The notes: generated by a model from the sequence alone, not told the origin. DNA of 43,389 nucleotides from Actinomycetota bacterium (GCA_036260105.1 DATAAN010000123.1:1-43389), one strand, 5' to 3'; positions 15,707-27,575 are shown, counted from the first letter of the stretch. Made by a program: numbers and translations.

Positions 15707-17281
15707 GTGGGAAGCCTGTACGAAGTGAACCCTTCCATTTGGGTTTCCACGACCGACGAAACCACTTACCCCCAGCTCGGCGGCTCCGGATTCCACTACG
15801 ACGTGGCCGTCATCGGCGGCGGGATTGCCGGCCTGACGACCGCCGTGCTGCTCAAGAAGGCGGGGATGAAGGTAGCGGTGGTCGAGGCTCGCCGCATCGC
15901 CTCCGGCGCCACCGGCTACACCACCGCGAAGATCACCTCTCTGCACGGACTGACCTACGCCAAGCTGCTCAGGGAGCAGGGCGAGGAGAAGGCGCGCCTC
16001 TACGCAGAGGCATCCCAGGCGGCCATCGAGCAGATCGCCGGATTCGTCACCGTGGACGGGATCGAGTGCGGCTTCGAACGGCTTCCGGCGGTCACCTATA
16101 CCGAGGATCCCGAGCAGGTGCGCGAAATCGACGCCGAGGTCGAGGCCGCCCGGAAGCTGGGGCTGCCCGCGATGCTCGTCACCCAGACCGACCTCCCCTG
16201 GGAGATCCGGGCCGGCATCCTGTTCGAGAACCAGGCGCAGTTCCACCCCCGCCGCTATGCGCTTGGGCTGGCGCGGATCGTCGACGGGGACGGCTCCAGC
16301 GTCTTCGAGGAGACGAGAGCGCTCGATCTGGAGGAGGAGGGAGACCGGCCGGTCGTCCGTACCGAGCACGGGACGATTACAGCCGACCACGTGGTGCAGG
16401 CCACCCATCTGCCGTTTCACGACCCGGCAGGGCTGTTCGCCAAAGCAGCTCCCACCCGCTCCTACTGCATGGCGGTCCAGATCGACGGTCATGTGCCGCA
16501 GTCGATGTACCTCAGCGCCGACAAGCCGACCCGGTCGCTCCGCCCCCACCGGGTCGAGGACACCGAGTTCCTTCTCATCGGGGGCGAGGGGCACAAGGTC
16601 GGGCAGGGCGACTTCACGACGACCCGCTACGCCAAGCTGGAGGCCTGGGCGAGGGAACGCTTCAACGTCACGTCGGTGGACTTCCGCTGGTCGGCGCAGG
16701 ACTACATGCCGGCCGACGACATCCCGTACATCGGGCGCCTATCGCCTCGGTCCGACCGGCTTTACGTCGCGACCGGGTTCAAGAAGTGGGGAATGACCGC
16801 CGGAACGGCAGCCGGGCGCATCCTCAGCGATCTCATACTCGGCATCGACAACCCTTGGAGCGAGGTCTTCGACGCCACCCGGCTGGACATCGGACCTTCG
16901 GCCGGCAAGCTCATCAAGGAGAACGCCAACGTGGCGAAGCGATTCGTCTCGGACCGTCTACATACGCTCGTCGCTCCCGACATCAACTCGCTGAAGCCGG
17001 GCGAGGGAGCCATCGTCCGTGCGGGCAGGGACAAGGTTGCGGCCTACCGGGAGGTGGGCGGGATGATGAAGACCGTCTCACCGGTCTGCACGCACCTGGG
17101 CTGCGTTGTGTCTTTCAACGACGCCGAGCAGACTTGGGACTGCCCCTGCCACGGCTCGCGCTTCGACACGGACGGCAACGTCATCGAGGGACCGGCGACC
17201 AAGGCACTGGAGGCGATGGACGTGCCGTCCGATGCAACGACGGCCCCCTCCAACCAGGCTGCCGGGGCGGACGCCTCCTAG
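15707..17281 (+). CDS. FAD-dependent oxidoreductase fused to a C-terminal Rieske [2Fe-2S] domain
   Basis: GTG at 15707 lies 8 nt after AGGAGGG. It has the dinucleotide fold YDVAVIGGGIAGLTTAVLLKKAGMKVAVVE. The C-terminal CTHLGC...(x18)...CPCHGSRF is the Rieske CxH/CxxH signature. Confidence 0.85.
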   Translation: MGSLYEVNPSIWVSTTDETTYPQLGGSGFHYDVAVIGGGIAGLTTAVLLKKAGMKVAVVEARRIASGATGYTTAKITSLHGLTYAKLLREQGEEKARLYAEASQAAIEQIAGFVTVDGIECGFERLPAVTYTEDPEQVREIDAEVEAARKLGLPAMLVTQTDLPWEIRAGILFENQAQFHPRRYALGLARIVDGDGSSVFEETRALDLEEEGDRPVVRTEHGTITADHVVQATHLPFHDPAGLFAKAAPTRSYCMAVQIDGHVPQSMYLSADKPTRSLRPHRVEDTEFLLIGGEGHKVGQGDFTTTRYAKLEAWARERFNVTSVDFRWSAQDYMPADDIPYIGRLSPRSDRLYVATGFKKWGMTAGTAAGRILSDLILGIDNPWSEVFDATRLDIGPSAGKLIKENANVAKRFVSDRLHTLVAPDINSLKPGEGAIVRAGRDKVAAYREVGGMMKTVSPVCTHLGCVVSFNDAEQTWDCPCHGSRFDTDGNVIEGPATKALEAMDVPSDATTAPSNQAAGADAS

Positions 17282-18507
17282 CCGCAGGCGGCCCGAGCGG
17301 TCGGCGTGGGGTTGACAGGGACCCCGCCGGAGCGGACCTCGAAATGGAGATGCGGCGGCCCGCCCGCTGCGTTGCCGGTGTCGCCGACGTATCCGATCGT
17401 CTGGCCCGCAGTCACCTTCTGTCCCGGAGCGACGTTGGAGTAGCCCGAGAGGTGGGTGTAGAAGTACTCGGTTCCGTCGGTCCCCTTCATGTAGACGCTC
17501 AGGCCTCCGAGTGCGCTCGACTCCCGCCGGGTCAAGGTTCCGTCGACGATAGCGGCCACCGGCGTCCTCATCGGGGCGAACATGTCGACTCCCTGGTGCT
17601 TGCGGCCGCCCGAGCGCGGGGCGCCGTAGGTGTCGGTGAAGGAGACCGGCCCGTCAACCGGGCAGAACAGCCTCCTGGTGCCCGCCGGCACCACCGGTCC
17701 GGTGTTGGCGAGGCGGGCGGTGGCGGGGGAGGGCGACGCCGAGGCGCCGGGCCCGGGAGAGGGCTTCCGTGCCGCCTCGGTCTTCGCTTTCGCGGCCGCC
17801 GCAGCAGCGGCGCTGGCCTTGGCGGCTTCTGCAGCCTTCGCGGCCGCGGCCGCCTTGGCGGCCTTGTCCCTCTCCGCCTTGAGCGCCGCTTCCCTGTCCG
17901 CAACCAGGCGCGATTCGATCGTCTGGGCTTTGGTGAAGTTCTCGGTTAGGGACCGGGTCTGCGACGACATGCTGGTGAGCAGGGCCTGCTGTTGCAGCTG
18001 CTCGGCGAGCAACCGTTCCTGCAGGTTTGAGATCTCCTGCTTGGTCTGCTGCGCCGCCGCGATGGTGGTGGAGTCCTGTCTGGCTGCGCCGCGGACCAAA
18101 GTCAGACGGCGTCCGAAGTCAGAGAAGGTCTCCGCTCCCATGAGGTACTGGAATATCGCCACGGGACCTCGCCGGTACATGACGTCCGCCCGCATGGACA
18201 GCCGTTCCTGGGCCGCCTTCTGCGCAACCTCCGCCTCCTCCAGCGCGACCTTGTTCCGGTCGATGGAGGCCTGTGTCTCGGCCAGCCGGGCCTGGGCGGC
18301 GTCGTACGCGGCGACCGTCTGGTCCAGCTGCCTCTGCACCGCAGCCCGCTCGGCTCGGGCCTTGGCCAGCTCCTGCTGGGTCGCCGCCGGGGCTGGGACG
18401 GCCACCGCCGTGACCGCGGAGAAGGCAAGAAGGGTTGGGATCACACGCGCGAAACTCCGCAGCGGCGTGGACCCGCAGCGCCCGGAAGCGCGGGGAAGAG
18501 AGGTCAC
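17278..18507 (-). CDS. Secreted M23-family metallopeptidase with an N-terminal coiled-coil region
   Basis: Signal-like N-terminus (VIPTLLAFSAVTAVAVPAPAA). A long heptad-like Q/A/E/L-rich region is followed by an Ala/Lys low-complexity linker. M23 motifs HQGVDMF and GDTGNAAGGPPHLHFEV are present. The GTG start is uncertain. Confidence 0.8.
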   Translation of the reverse strand: MTSLPRASGRCGSTPLRSFARVIPTLLAFSAVTAVAVPAPAATQQELAKARAERAAVQRQLDQTVAAYDAAQARLAETQASIDRNKVALEEAEVAQKAAQERLSMRADVMYRRGPVAIFQYLMGAETFSDFGRRLTLVRGAARQDSTTIAAAQQTKQEISNLQERLLAEQLQQQALLTSMSSQTRSLTENFTKAQTIESRLVADREAALKAERDKAAKAAAAAKAAEAAKASAAAAAAAKAKTEAARKPSPGPGASASPSPATARLANTGPVVPAGTRRLFCPVDGPVSFTDTYGAPRSGGRKHQGVDMFAPMRTPVAAIVDGTLTRRESSALGGLSVYMKGTDGTEYFYTHLSGYSNVAPGQKVTAGQTIGYVGDTGNAAGGPPHLHFEVRSGGVPVNPTPTARAACG

Positions 18508-18577
18508 CCGGCGATTATGGCGGCGTTGGCTGTGAGATTGAAGTGAACTTGAGTTAAATACAGCGGTTTAAGAGCTT

Positions 18578-19441
18578 TTAGCCCTTTACCGCTCCCATCG
18601 TGAAGCCAGTGATGAACTTCTTCAGGAACAAGTTGAACAGCAGGGCAATCGGGATCGCCACGACCAGCGTCGCGGCCTGCAGCGCCTGCCAGAAGAAGAT
18701 GTCCCCGCGGACGAGCTCGGTGGGAACGCCTACGCTCACGGTCTTCTGGCTGGTCTGTGAGACGAAGGCGAGGGAGTAGATGAACTCGCTCGCAGACAGC
18801 GTCGAAGCGAAAACGACAACCGCGATGAGCCCGGGGAGCGCCGCCGGCAGGACCATCCGGAAAAACGCCTCCAGCCGGCTGCAGCCGTCCACCATCGCCT
18901 GCTCCTCGATGTCCTTCGGGATGGACTTGAAGAACCCGGTCAACAGCCACACCGACACCGGGATGGTGATGGTGGGGTGGACCACCACCAGCGCCCACCG
19001 GGAGTCCTGCAAACCAAGGTTCGCCACCACAGGGGAGAGCGAGAGGAACAGCAGCGACGGCGGGATCAGGTAGACGAAGAAGATGGCGATGGCCACGGCG
19101 CCGCCCCGTCGAAGGTTCAGGCGCCCCAGGCTGTAGGCGGCGGGCACCGAGACCAGCAGGGTGATCGCTACGACGCAGAGGGCCACCACCAGCGTGTTGC
19201 CCACGAAGGTCGTGAATGCGGTTCCCTGGAACAGCAGCCGCACGTGCTCCAGGGTGGGAGGGTCGTTGAAGAGGAAGGGGTTGTTGTCCCGGGTGTAGAG
19301 GTCCGGATTAGCCTTGAAGGAGGTGATGAGGCTCCACGCGAAGGGGATCGCCGCCTGTGCCGCGAACAGGATCACCAGAAGGTAGAGGCCGACGCGGCCG
19401 GCGATCCGCCGGCGGGCGAAGGTTTGGGCGGAGGCGCTCAT
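18578..19441 (-). CDS. ABC transporter permease (carbohydrate uptake type)
   Basis: Begins MSASAQTFARRRIAGRVGLYLLVILF. It has six hydrophobic segments and the EAA-type loop EEQAMVDGCSRLEAFFRMVLPAALPG. Its ATG overlaps the upstream permease stop (ATGA). Confidence 0.9.
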   Translation of the reverse strand: MSASAQTFARRRIAGRVGLYLLVILFAAQAAIPFAWSLITSFKANPDLYTRDNNPFLFNDPPTLEHVRLLFQGTAFTTFVGNTLVVALCVVAITLLVSVPAAYSLGRLNLRRGGAVAIAIFFVYLIPPSLLFLSLSPVVANLGLQDSRWALVVVHPTITIPVSVWLLTGFFKSIPKDIEEQAMVDGCSRLEAFFRMVLPAALPGLIAVVVFASTLSASEFIYSLAFVSQTSQKTVSVGVPTELVRGDIFFWQALQAATLVVAIPIALLFNLFLKKFITGFTMGAVKG

Positions 19442-20358
19442 CCGATGTCCATCCGGCGGACCGAGCGCAGGATCGCCACGGCCATCAACGCCAGCACGGG
19501 CAGCGCGAACAGTGCGATCGCCGCGCCCTGGGCCAGGTCTCCTCCCTGGATGCCCCGGAAGAACGACCATGTGGGAAGCACCTGCGTGGCGTCGATCGGG
19601 CCGCCTCGGGTGAGCACGTAGGCGATGCTCATGTCGGTGAAGACGAGAATCGCACCGAAAAGCGTGGCGACGGCAGTTATCGGCAGAGTGAGCGGGATGG
19701 TGATCTGGAACATCGTCCGCCAGAAGCCGGCCCCGTCCACCCGGGCGGCGTCGTAGATCTCCGACGGGATGGCCACCAGGCCGGCCATGATGATGATGGC
19801 GGCCACCGGAACGATGCGCCACACGTGTACCGCGATCACTGAGACGGGGGCCAGGTCCGGGTTGCCCAGCCAGTTCAGGCTGCCGTCGATGAACCCGAGC
19901 TTCCTGAGCGTCCAGTCGATCGGGCTGAAGAGCGAGTCCAGCATCCATAGCCACGCGATGGCGGCCAGCGAGACCGGCGTAGTCCACGGAAGAAGGATCA
20001 GGAAGCGGACGAGCCACTTGCCGCGGAAGTCCTTCGTGAGAACGACAGCGAGGACCTTGGCGAGCACCACCACGAACAGCATGGTGACCACGGTGGTGAC
20101 GATGCTGTTGCGCAGGGACCTCCGGAACACCGGGTCGTCCAGGACGTTGCGGAAGTTCTCCATTCCGACGAAGTCGAAGCTCGGGTCGCCGGTGGTGACG
20201 TCGCTCACGCTGTAGGCAATCGCCAGGAAGAACGGGATCGCCACCAGCGCAAAGATGTAGATGATCGACGGCGCCAGAAGCAGGGGACCCAGCACGCCCT
20301 CCCGCTCCAGCGTGTAGCGGCGGGACCTCCGCCCGGTGGCGGCCTCGACGGTGCTCAC
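19438..20358 (-). CDS. ABC transporter permease (carbohydrate uptake type)
   Basis: The GTG start overlaps the ATPase stop (GTGA) and is preceded by GGGGGAG. It has the EAA loop YDAARVDGAGFWRTMFQITIPL and multiple TM helices. Confidence 0.9.
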   Translation of the reverse strand: MSTVEAATGRRSRRYTLEREGVLGPLLLAPSIIYIFALVAIPFFLAIAYSVSDVTTGDPSFDFVGMENFRNVLDDPVFRRSLRNSIVTTVVTMLFVVVLAKVLAVVLTKDFRGKWLVRFLILLPWTTPVSLAAIAWLWMLDSLFSPIDWTLRKLGFIDGSLNWLGNPDLAPVSVIAVHVWRIVPVAAIIIMAGLVAIPSEIYDAARVDGAGFWRTMFQITIPLTLPITAVATLFGAILVFTDMSIAYVLTRGGPIDATQVLPTWSFFRGIQGGDLAQGAAIALFALPVLALMAVAILRSVRRMDIG

Positions 20359-21395
20359 GCCAGCTCCCCCACCGGTTGGGGCGCCGCCCGTTCGCCGCTC
20401 TCGGCGTCGAAGAAACGCAGGTCGGCCTCCCGGACGAAAAAGCTCTGGCCCTCGCCCTCGCTGACCTGAATCGGCAGGGCGGCCGGCAGGACCCCCATCA
20501 GCTTGTTCCGCCACTCGTCTCCGGCCAGCGTTCCGATGACGTGGCGCTCCGAGCCGAGGTACTCGATACGCGTGACGTCCACCTTCAGGCTCAGGCCCTC
20601 GCCCGTGGCGTGGGACGCCGGCAGCATGGCTTCCGGCCGGAAGCCGAGCAGGACCTCGCCCCGCCGGATCAGGTTCATCGGCGGGGAGCCGACGAACGTC
20701 GCGACGAAGGTGTCGGCAGGGTTCGAGTAGACCTCGGCCGGCGTGCCGATCTGCCGGATCCGTCCCTCGTTCATCACTGCGATTCGGTCGCCGAGCCCCA
20801 TCGCCTCCACCTGGTCATGCGTGACGTAAAGCGTTGTCACGCCGATCCGGCGCTGGAAGGTCTTCAGCTCGTCCCTGGCGGTGGCCCGGAGCTTGGCGTC
20901 GAGGTTGGACAGCGGCTCGTCCAGCAGGAAGACCGCCGGCTCCCTGACGAGAGCCCGGGCCAGGGCGACTCTCTGCCGCTCGCCGCCCGAGAGCTGGCGT
21001 GGCTTTCGCTTGAGCAGGTGGCCGATGCCGAGCAGGTCGGCCGCCCACTCGACCTTCTCCGGCTGCTTGTCCGGCTCGACCCCCTGGGCCTTGAGAGGGA
21101 AGGCGATGTTCTCGTACACCGTCTTGTGCGGATAGAGGGCGTAGCTCTGGAACACCATCGCGATCTTCCGGACCCGGGGCGGCAGCCCGGCCATCGGCTC
21201 TCCGGCGATGAAGATCTCGCCCGACGTCGGTTGCTCCAGGCCGGCTATCAGGCGCAGCAGCGTCGTCTTGCCGCTCCCCGACGGGCCCAGCAGGACCAGG
21301 TACTCGCCTTCCTCGGTAGCCAGGTTCAGGTTGTCGACCGCGGGGTTCTGGCCATCGAAGGCCTTGGTCAGGTTGCGCGCCTCAACGACCGCCAT
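20355..21395 (-). CDS. ABC transporter ATP-binding protein (MalK/UgpC/MsiK-like)
   Basis: Walker A GPSGSGKTT, Q-loop MVFQSYALYPH, signature LSGGERQRVALARA, Walker B VFLLDEPLSNLD, plus a C-terminal regulatory (TOBE-like) domain. Confidence 0.9.
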   Translation of the reverse strand: MAVVEARNLTKAFDGQNPAVDNLNLATEEGEYLVLLGPSGSGKTTLLRLIAGLEQPTSGEIFIAGEPMAGLPPRVRKIAMVFQSYALYPHKTVYENIAFPLKAQGVEPDKQPEKVEWAADLLGIGHLLKRKPRQLSGGERQRVALARALVREPAVFLLDEPLSNLDAKLRATARDELKTFQRRIGVTTLYVTHDQVEAMGLGDRIAVMNEGRIRQIGTPAEVYSNPADTFVATFVGSPPMNLIRRGEVLLGFRPEAMLPASHATGEGLSLKVDVTRIEYLGSERHVIGTLAGDEWRNKLMGVLPAALPIQVSEGEGQSFFVREADLRFFDAESGERAAPQPVGELA

Positions 21396-21432
21396 CAGTT
21401 ACCTCCGGCTGACGCAATGGTGCCGACGGGGA

Positions 21433-22821
21433 CTACCTCTCTCCGCCGACCAGCTCGTTTGCCCGCCATTTCTGGAAGATCGTCTTAACCTGCGCCTCGG
21501 CCTCGGCGACCGCCTGCTGAGCGCTGAGCTGCCCGCGGGCCGCCTTGGCCATCATCTGGGGAAGCACGAAGGTGGTGAAGACCTCGCCGACGGCGGCACT
21601 GGTGGGACCGGGATGTCCGACGTTTGTGCTCCAGCTCTCGGCATCCTTAAGCAGCGCCAGCTTGTTTCGGGGGCGGGACTCGTACGGATCCTCGTCCAGC
21701 CAGTCGTCCTTCTCTTCCACCGTCTCCGGGAAGGCGGGAAGCGTGTAGAGCTCGGAGTTGTTGGTGGCATCCGAGTAGTTGGCAAGCAGGTGCAGGATGA
21801 ACTCCTCGGCCGCTTCCGGGTTGGCGGCGTGCGACGGGATCACGTAGATCGGGATGGCGTGGGCCGAAGCCAATCCGGTTCCGCCGGGACCCTTCATCGG
21901 GGCGCTGAACCCTATGTCCGCCGCCACTTCCGGGTTCACCTTCTGAGCCGTGCGGTACGCCGAGATGGAGTTGAGGATGTAGGACAGCTGCCCGGCCACC
22001 AGGCCCTGGTTGTTGGAGGCGGCGTTCCAGCCGAACACCTCGTCGGTCATTGCACCGCGGAACAGCCGGGTCATCATCTCGACCGCCGCGACCGTCTCCG
22101 GAGAGTTCAGCGTCACGTTCTGGTCCCTGTCCTGCAGCGACCCGCCGAACGACCAGATGAGCGCGCGGGCCGCCATGTTGGAGTCGATCTCGTTGGACAT
22201 GCCGAGGCCCAGCGGAATGCGCTGGTCAGTCCTGATCCTGGTGCCGCCCTCGAGTAGCTCCTCGTAGGTCGTCGGGCCGTTCTCCATGCCGACCCGCTCC
22301 CAAAGGTTCCGCCGGAAGTTGCCCGGGTCGGGCGCCCAGCCGTGGCAGAAGCCCCAGAACCGGTTGGTGGTCGGGTTGAAGGTGCTTCGGGTGCAAAGCT
22401 CGATCTGCTTGCCGAACCGCCGCTCCGCCTCCCGGTTGAGATCCGAGAGGTCGCGCACGCTGGGCTCCAGGTTGGCGGGCGGGAAGATGAACTCGATCAG
22501 GTCGTGCCCCTGCCTGGCGGAGATCTCCGCCGCCGCCCGGGCCGGGATCTCAGCCTGGTCGATGTGGTCGACCGTCACGTTGACCCCGACCTGACGACCC
22601 CAGTCCTGGGCGAAGGGGTCGAACCAGGTGTCGTGCTTGGGCACGAAGTGGCTCCATTGCAGGATCCTCAGGTCGCCCGAAAGCTTGACCGACGGGGTCG
22701 CCGCCGGGGCCGAGGTGCCGGTTCCGCCACCACCTCCTCCGTTGCCACAACCGGTTGCCGTCGCGGCCGCCGCCAGCGCCGCCAGCCTCAGGAACTCCCG
22801 ACGTGAAATCGACCGCGCCAT
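21433..22821 (-). CDS. ABC transporter extracellular solute-binding lipoprotein
   Basis: Starting at MARSISRREFLRLAALAAAATATGCGNGG (twin-arginine-like signal plus lipobox Cys) after GGGGAGG. About 460 aa, the size of a family-1 sugar-binding protein. It is the first gene of the SBP-ATPase-permease-permease operon. Confidence 0.85.
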   Translation of the reverse strand: MARSISRREFLRLAALAAAATATGCGNGGGGGGTGTSAPAATPSVKLSGDLRILQWSHFVPKHDTWFDPFAQDWGRQVGVNVTVDHIDQAEIPARAAAEISARQGHDLIEFIFPPANLEPSVRDLSDLNREAERRFGKQIELCTRSTFNPTTNRFWGFCHGWAPDPGNFRRNLWERVGMENGPTTYEELLEGGTRIRTDQRIPLGLGMSNEIDSNMAARALIWSFGGSLQDRDQNVTLNSPETVAAVEMMTRLFRGAMTDEVFGWNAASNNQGLVAGQLSYILNSISAYRTAQKVNPEVAADIGFSAPMKGPGGTGLASAHAIPIYVIPSHAANPEAAEEFILHLLANYSDATNNSELYTLPAFPETVEEKDDWLDEDPYESRPRNKLALLKDAESWSTNVGHPGPTSAAVGEVFTTFVLPQMMAKAARGQLSAQQAVAEAEAQVKTIFQKWRANELVGGER

Positions 22822-22919
22822 GCCCCAGCCTCCCCTAGCTCGCAAGGACCAATTGCGGGCAGAAGGATACATTCTTTGGCCCCCGGCCCGGCGCCCCTCC
22901 ACAGGTTTTACTCGGCAAC

Positions 22920-24263
22920 GTGCGCTACGATTCGCGGGTGGAATCATCTGTGGAAGTCAAGGGGCCGACCCAGGTCCAGCTGAACATAGAGGTACCCGTC
23001 GACGAGCTCAAGACGCTCAAGGCGGACACTCTCAAGCGCCTGGCGAACGAGATCAAGGTACCGGGCTTCCGCAAGGGCAAGGTCCCTCCGCAGATCATGG
23101 AGTCGCGGATCGGGAAGGACAACATCCGGCAGGAGATGCTGGCCGACGCGGTGCCGCAGTTCTACAACCAGGCCTTGCAGCAGCACAAGATCGCTCCGCT
23201 GAACCAGCCCGAGATCAACATCGAGGCGAACAGCGAGAACGAGCCCCTCCAGATCACCGCTACCGTCGACGTGCGCCCGGATCTCGAGCTTCCCGACTAC
23301 AAGGGCATCGAGGTGCGTGCGCCCTCGCCCGTTGCGTCGGAGGAGGACGTGAACAACCAGCTGGAGCGGATACGCGACCGAAACGGCGTGCTCGAGCCGA
23401 TAGGCCGGGACATCCGCAAGGGCGACTACGTCACCATCGACATGTTCGGGTTCCGCCACGGCGAGCCGTTGGAGGGTGCCCAGGTCGAGGACTTCGTCTA
23501 CGAGGTCGGCTCAGCGCGCTTCCTTCCCAAGATGGACGACGAGCTGATCGGCAAGCGGGCCGGAGACATCATCCAGTTCAACTCCAACATGCCGCGCGGG
23601 TTCGGCCCGGACCAGGAGGAGGGGACCATCAAGGTGGTCGTCAAGCAGGTACAGATGAAGCGCCTGCCGGAGCTGAACGACGAGTTCGCGAAGACGGCGT
23701 CCGAGTTCGACACGCTGGAGGAGCTGAAGGCCGACATCCGCCAGCGGATCAGCGGCCACAAGAAGAAGGACTCGGACTCCGCAGTTCGCAACCTCATCAT
23801 GGACGACCTGCTGTCCCGTACCGAGGTGCCGCTGCCCGAGTCGATGGTCATGAAGGAGACGGAGCTCCGGCTGGCCCGCTTCATCCAGGACCTGGAGCGC
23901 AGCGGGATATCGATCGACGAGTACCTGGAAGCGCAGAAGATGACGCGCGAAGAGCTCATCGACACCTACAAAGAGACGGCCAAGACTGCGGTCTCAGCCG
24001 ACCTGATCCTGGAGTCCGTGGCCAAGGCGGAGGGGATGGAGGTGACCCCCGAGGAGCTCCAGCAGGAGATCGAAACTATGGCCGAGCAGATGAAGACGGA
24101 CCCCGAAACGCTCGCCGAGACCATCGGCCGGAGTGGCTCGGTTACCGTGCTGGCCGGTGATATCCTCAGAAGGAAGGCCCTCGATTTTCTGGTTGAGAAC
24201 GCGGTCGTTCTCGACGAAAAGTCCTCCAAGTCCATCGAAACAGTCAAAGCTGATAACTCGTAA
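22920..24263 (+). CDS. tig: Trigger factor
   Basis: VEVKGPTQVQLNIEVPVDELK...EIKVPGFRKGKVPPQI is the ribosome-binding GFRxGxxP motif, followed by a PPIase-like middle domain and a C-terminal domain. Either GTG 22920 or GTG 22938 could be the start; 22938 aligns better with typical trigger-factor N-termini. Confidence 0.9.
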   Translation: MRYDSRVESSVEVKGPTQVQLNIEVPVDELKTLKADTLKRLANEIKVPGFRKGKVPPQIMESRIGKDNIRQEMLADAVPQFYNQALQQHKIAPLNQPEINIEANSENEPLQITATVDVRPDLELPDYKGIEVRAPSPVASEEDVNNQLERIRDRNGVLEPIGRDIRKGDYVTIDMFGFRHGEPLEGAQVEDFVYEVGSARFLPKMDDELIGKRAGDIIQFNSNMPRGFGPDQEEGTIKVVVKQVQMKRLPELNDEFAKTASEFDTLEELKADIRQRISGHKKKDSDSAVRNLIMDDLLSRTEVPLPESMVMKETELRLARFIQDLERSGISIDEYLEAQKMTREELIDTYKETAKTAVSADLILESVAKAEGMEVTPEELQQEIETMAEQMKTDPETLAETIGRSGSVTVLAGDILRRKALDFLVENAVVLDEKSSKSIETVKADNS

Positions 24264-24266
24264 GGG

Positions 24267-24920
<654 letters not shown>

Positions 24921-24943
24921 AACTTCCCAGGGAGACCAATTAC

Positions 24944-26233
24944 TTGCCTAAGTTCGGCGAAGGAAGCGCCGTCCTCAAGTGCAACTTCTGCGGGAAGTCT
25001 CAAAAGCAGGTGCGCAAGCTGATCGCCGGACCCGCGGACGTCTACATCTGCGACGAGTGCGTCGAACTCTGCAACGAGATCATCGAGGAGGAGCTCACCG
25101 AGGCGGCAGAGCCCAAGCTCGAGGAGCTTCCCCGTCCCCGTGAGATCCACCAGTTCCTGAACGACTACGTCGTCGGGCAGGAGCAGGCCAAGAAGGTGCT
25201 GTCGGTTGCGGTCTACAACCACTACAAGCGCATCCAGGCTGGCGGCGCCAAGGGCAACGACGAGGTAGAGCTCCAGAAGTCGAACATCATGCTGCTCGGG
25301 CCCACGGGCTGCGGCAAGACCCTTTTGGCGCAGACGCTGGCACGTATGCTGAACGTCCCGTTTGCGATCGCCGACGCCACCGCCCTCACCGAGGCCGGAT
25401 ACGTGGGCGAGGACGTCGAGAACATCCTTCTCAAGCTGATCCAGGCCGCGGACTACGACGTCAAGAAGGCCGAGACCGGCATCATCTACATCGACGAGAT
25501 CGACAAGATCGCTCGCAAGTCGGAGAACCCGTCCATCACCCGGGACGTGTCCGGCGAGGGCGTGCAGCAGGCGCTGCTTAAGATCCTGGAGGGCACGGTC
25601 GCCGCCGTCCCGCCCCAGGGGGGCCGCAAGCACCCGCATCAGGAGCTCCTGCAGATCGACACCTCCAACATCCTTTTCATCTGCGGCGGCGCCTTCGCCG
25701 GCCTGGAGCGGATCATCGGGGCGCGAATCGGAAGCCGGAACATCGGCTTCGGCGCCGACGTTCGCAAGATGGACCAGAAGGACCTGGGCGAGATCCTGCG
25801 GCACATCCTGCCCGAGGACCTGCTCAAGTTCGGCCTCATCCCGGAGTTCGTAGGACGTTTGCCGGTCATCAGCCACGTCCATAATCTGGAGGCCGAGGCG
25901 CTGATCGAGATCCTCACGAAGCCGAAGAACGCCCTGGTCCGGCAGTTCCGCCGGACGTTCGAGATGGACGGCGTGGAGCTGGAGTTCTCGGAGGGCGCTC
26001 TGGCGGCGATTGCGGACCTGGCGATGCTGAGGGGGACCGGAGCCCGGGGCCTCAGGGCCATCCTGGAGGAGGTGCTGCTCGACGTGATGTACGACCTGCC
26101 GTCCCGCAAGGACATCGGCCGGTGCGTCATCGACACCGCCACCGTCCTCAGCAAGGTCAACCCCACTCTGGTGCCCCGGGTGCCGGGACACTCCACCAAG
26201 CGGCCGCCCGAGCGGGGCGAGCGCTCGGCCTGA
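24944..26233 (+). CDS. clpX: ATP-dependent Clp protease ATP-binding subunit ClpX (copy 1, TTG start)
   Basis: TTG at 24944 lies 9 nt after GGGAG and aligns exactly with the ATG of copy 2. Zinc-binding domain CNFCGKS...CDEC, Walker A GPTGCGKT, pore loop GYVG, Walker [12 protein letters not shown] loop GGRKHP, IGF loop NIGFGA, sensor-2 GARGLR. Confidence 0.9.
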   Translation: MPKFGEGSAVLKCNFCGKSQKQVRKLIAGPADVYICDECVELCNEIIEEELTEAAEPKLEELPRPREIHQFLNDYVVGQEQAKKVLSVAVYNHYKRIQAGGAKGNDEVELQKSNIMLLGPTGCGKTLLAQTLARMLNVPFAIADATALTEAGYVGEDVENILLKLIQAADYDVKKAETGIIYIDEIDKIARKSENPSITRDVSGEGVQQALLKILEGTVAAVPPQGGRKHPHQELLQIDTSNILFICGGAFAGLERIIGARIGSRNIGFGADVRKMDQKDLGEILRHILPEDLLKFGLIPEFVGRLPVISHVHNLEAEALIEILTKPKNALVRQFRRTFEMDGVELEFSEGALAAIADLAMLRGTGARGLRAILEEVLLDVMYDLPSRKDIGRCVIDTATVLSKVNPTLVPRVPGHSTKRPPERGERSA

Positions 26234-26249
26234 GCAGACGGGGGACCTG

Positions 26250-27539
<1,290 letters not shown>

Positions 27540-27575
27540 GTCCCAAGGCGTAGCCAGCTGGTTAGACGCGCCGAA

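Noticed and set aside
14538-16594. 383-aa and 497-aa minus-strand ORFs opposite the PHP and FAD/Rieske genes
   Set aside because: They have antisense shadow composition (Arg/Pro/Gly/Leu/Val-rich). The plus-strand genes have unambiguous PHP, FAD and Rieske motifs.
17760-17900. GCN-rich quasi-repetitive DNA (possible microsatellite or repeat array)
   Set aside because: It is simply the coding sequence of the Ala/Lys-rich linker (AKAAAAAKAAEAAKASAAAAAAAKAK) of the M23 peptidase. The period is irregular and there is no spacer structure.
15739-17949. 736-aa plus-strand ORF, the longest unexplained ORF in the track
   Set aside because: It is an off-frame read-through of the FAD/Rieske gene and the antisense of the M23 gene. 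The translation is almost pure Arg/Gly/Pro/Asp/His low complexity, typical of a wrong frame in high-GC DNA. The in-frame alternatives have clear domain motifs.
19442-20017. N-terminal 192 aa of the listed 479-aa ORF 18578-20017
   Set aside because: This part overlaps the upstream permease in another frame and is Arg/Pro/Gly-rich. The real permease starts at ATG 19441 (MSASAQTF...), which overlaps the upstream stop.
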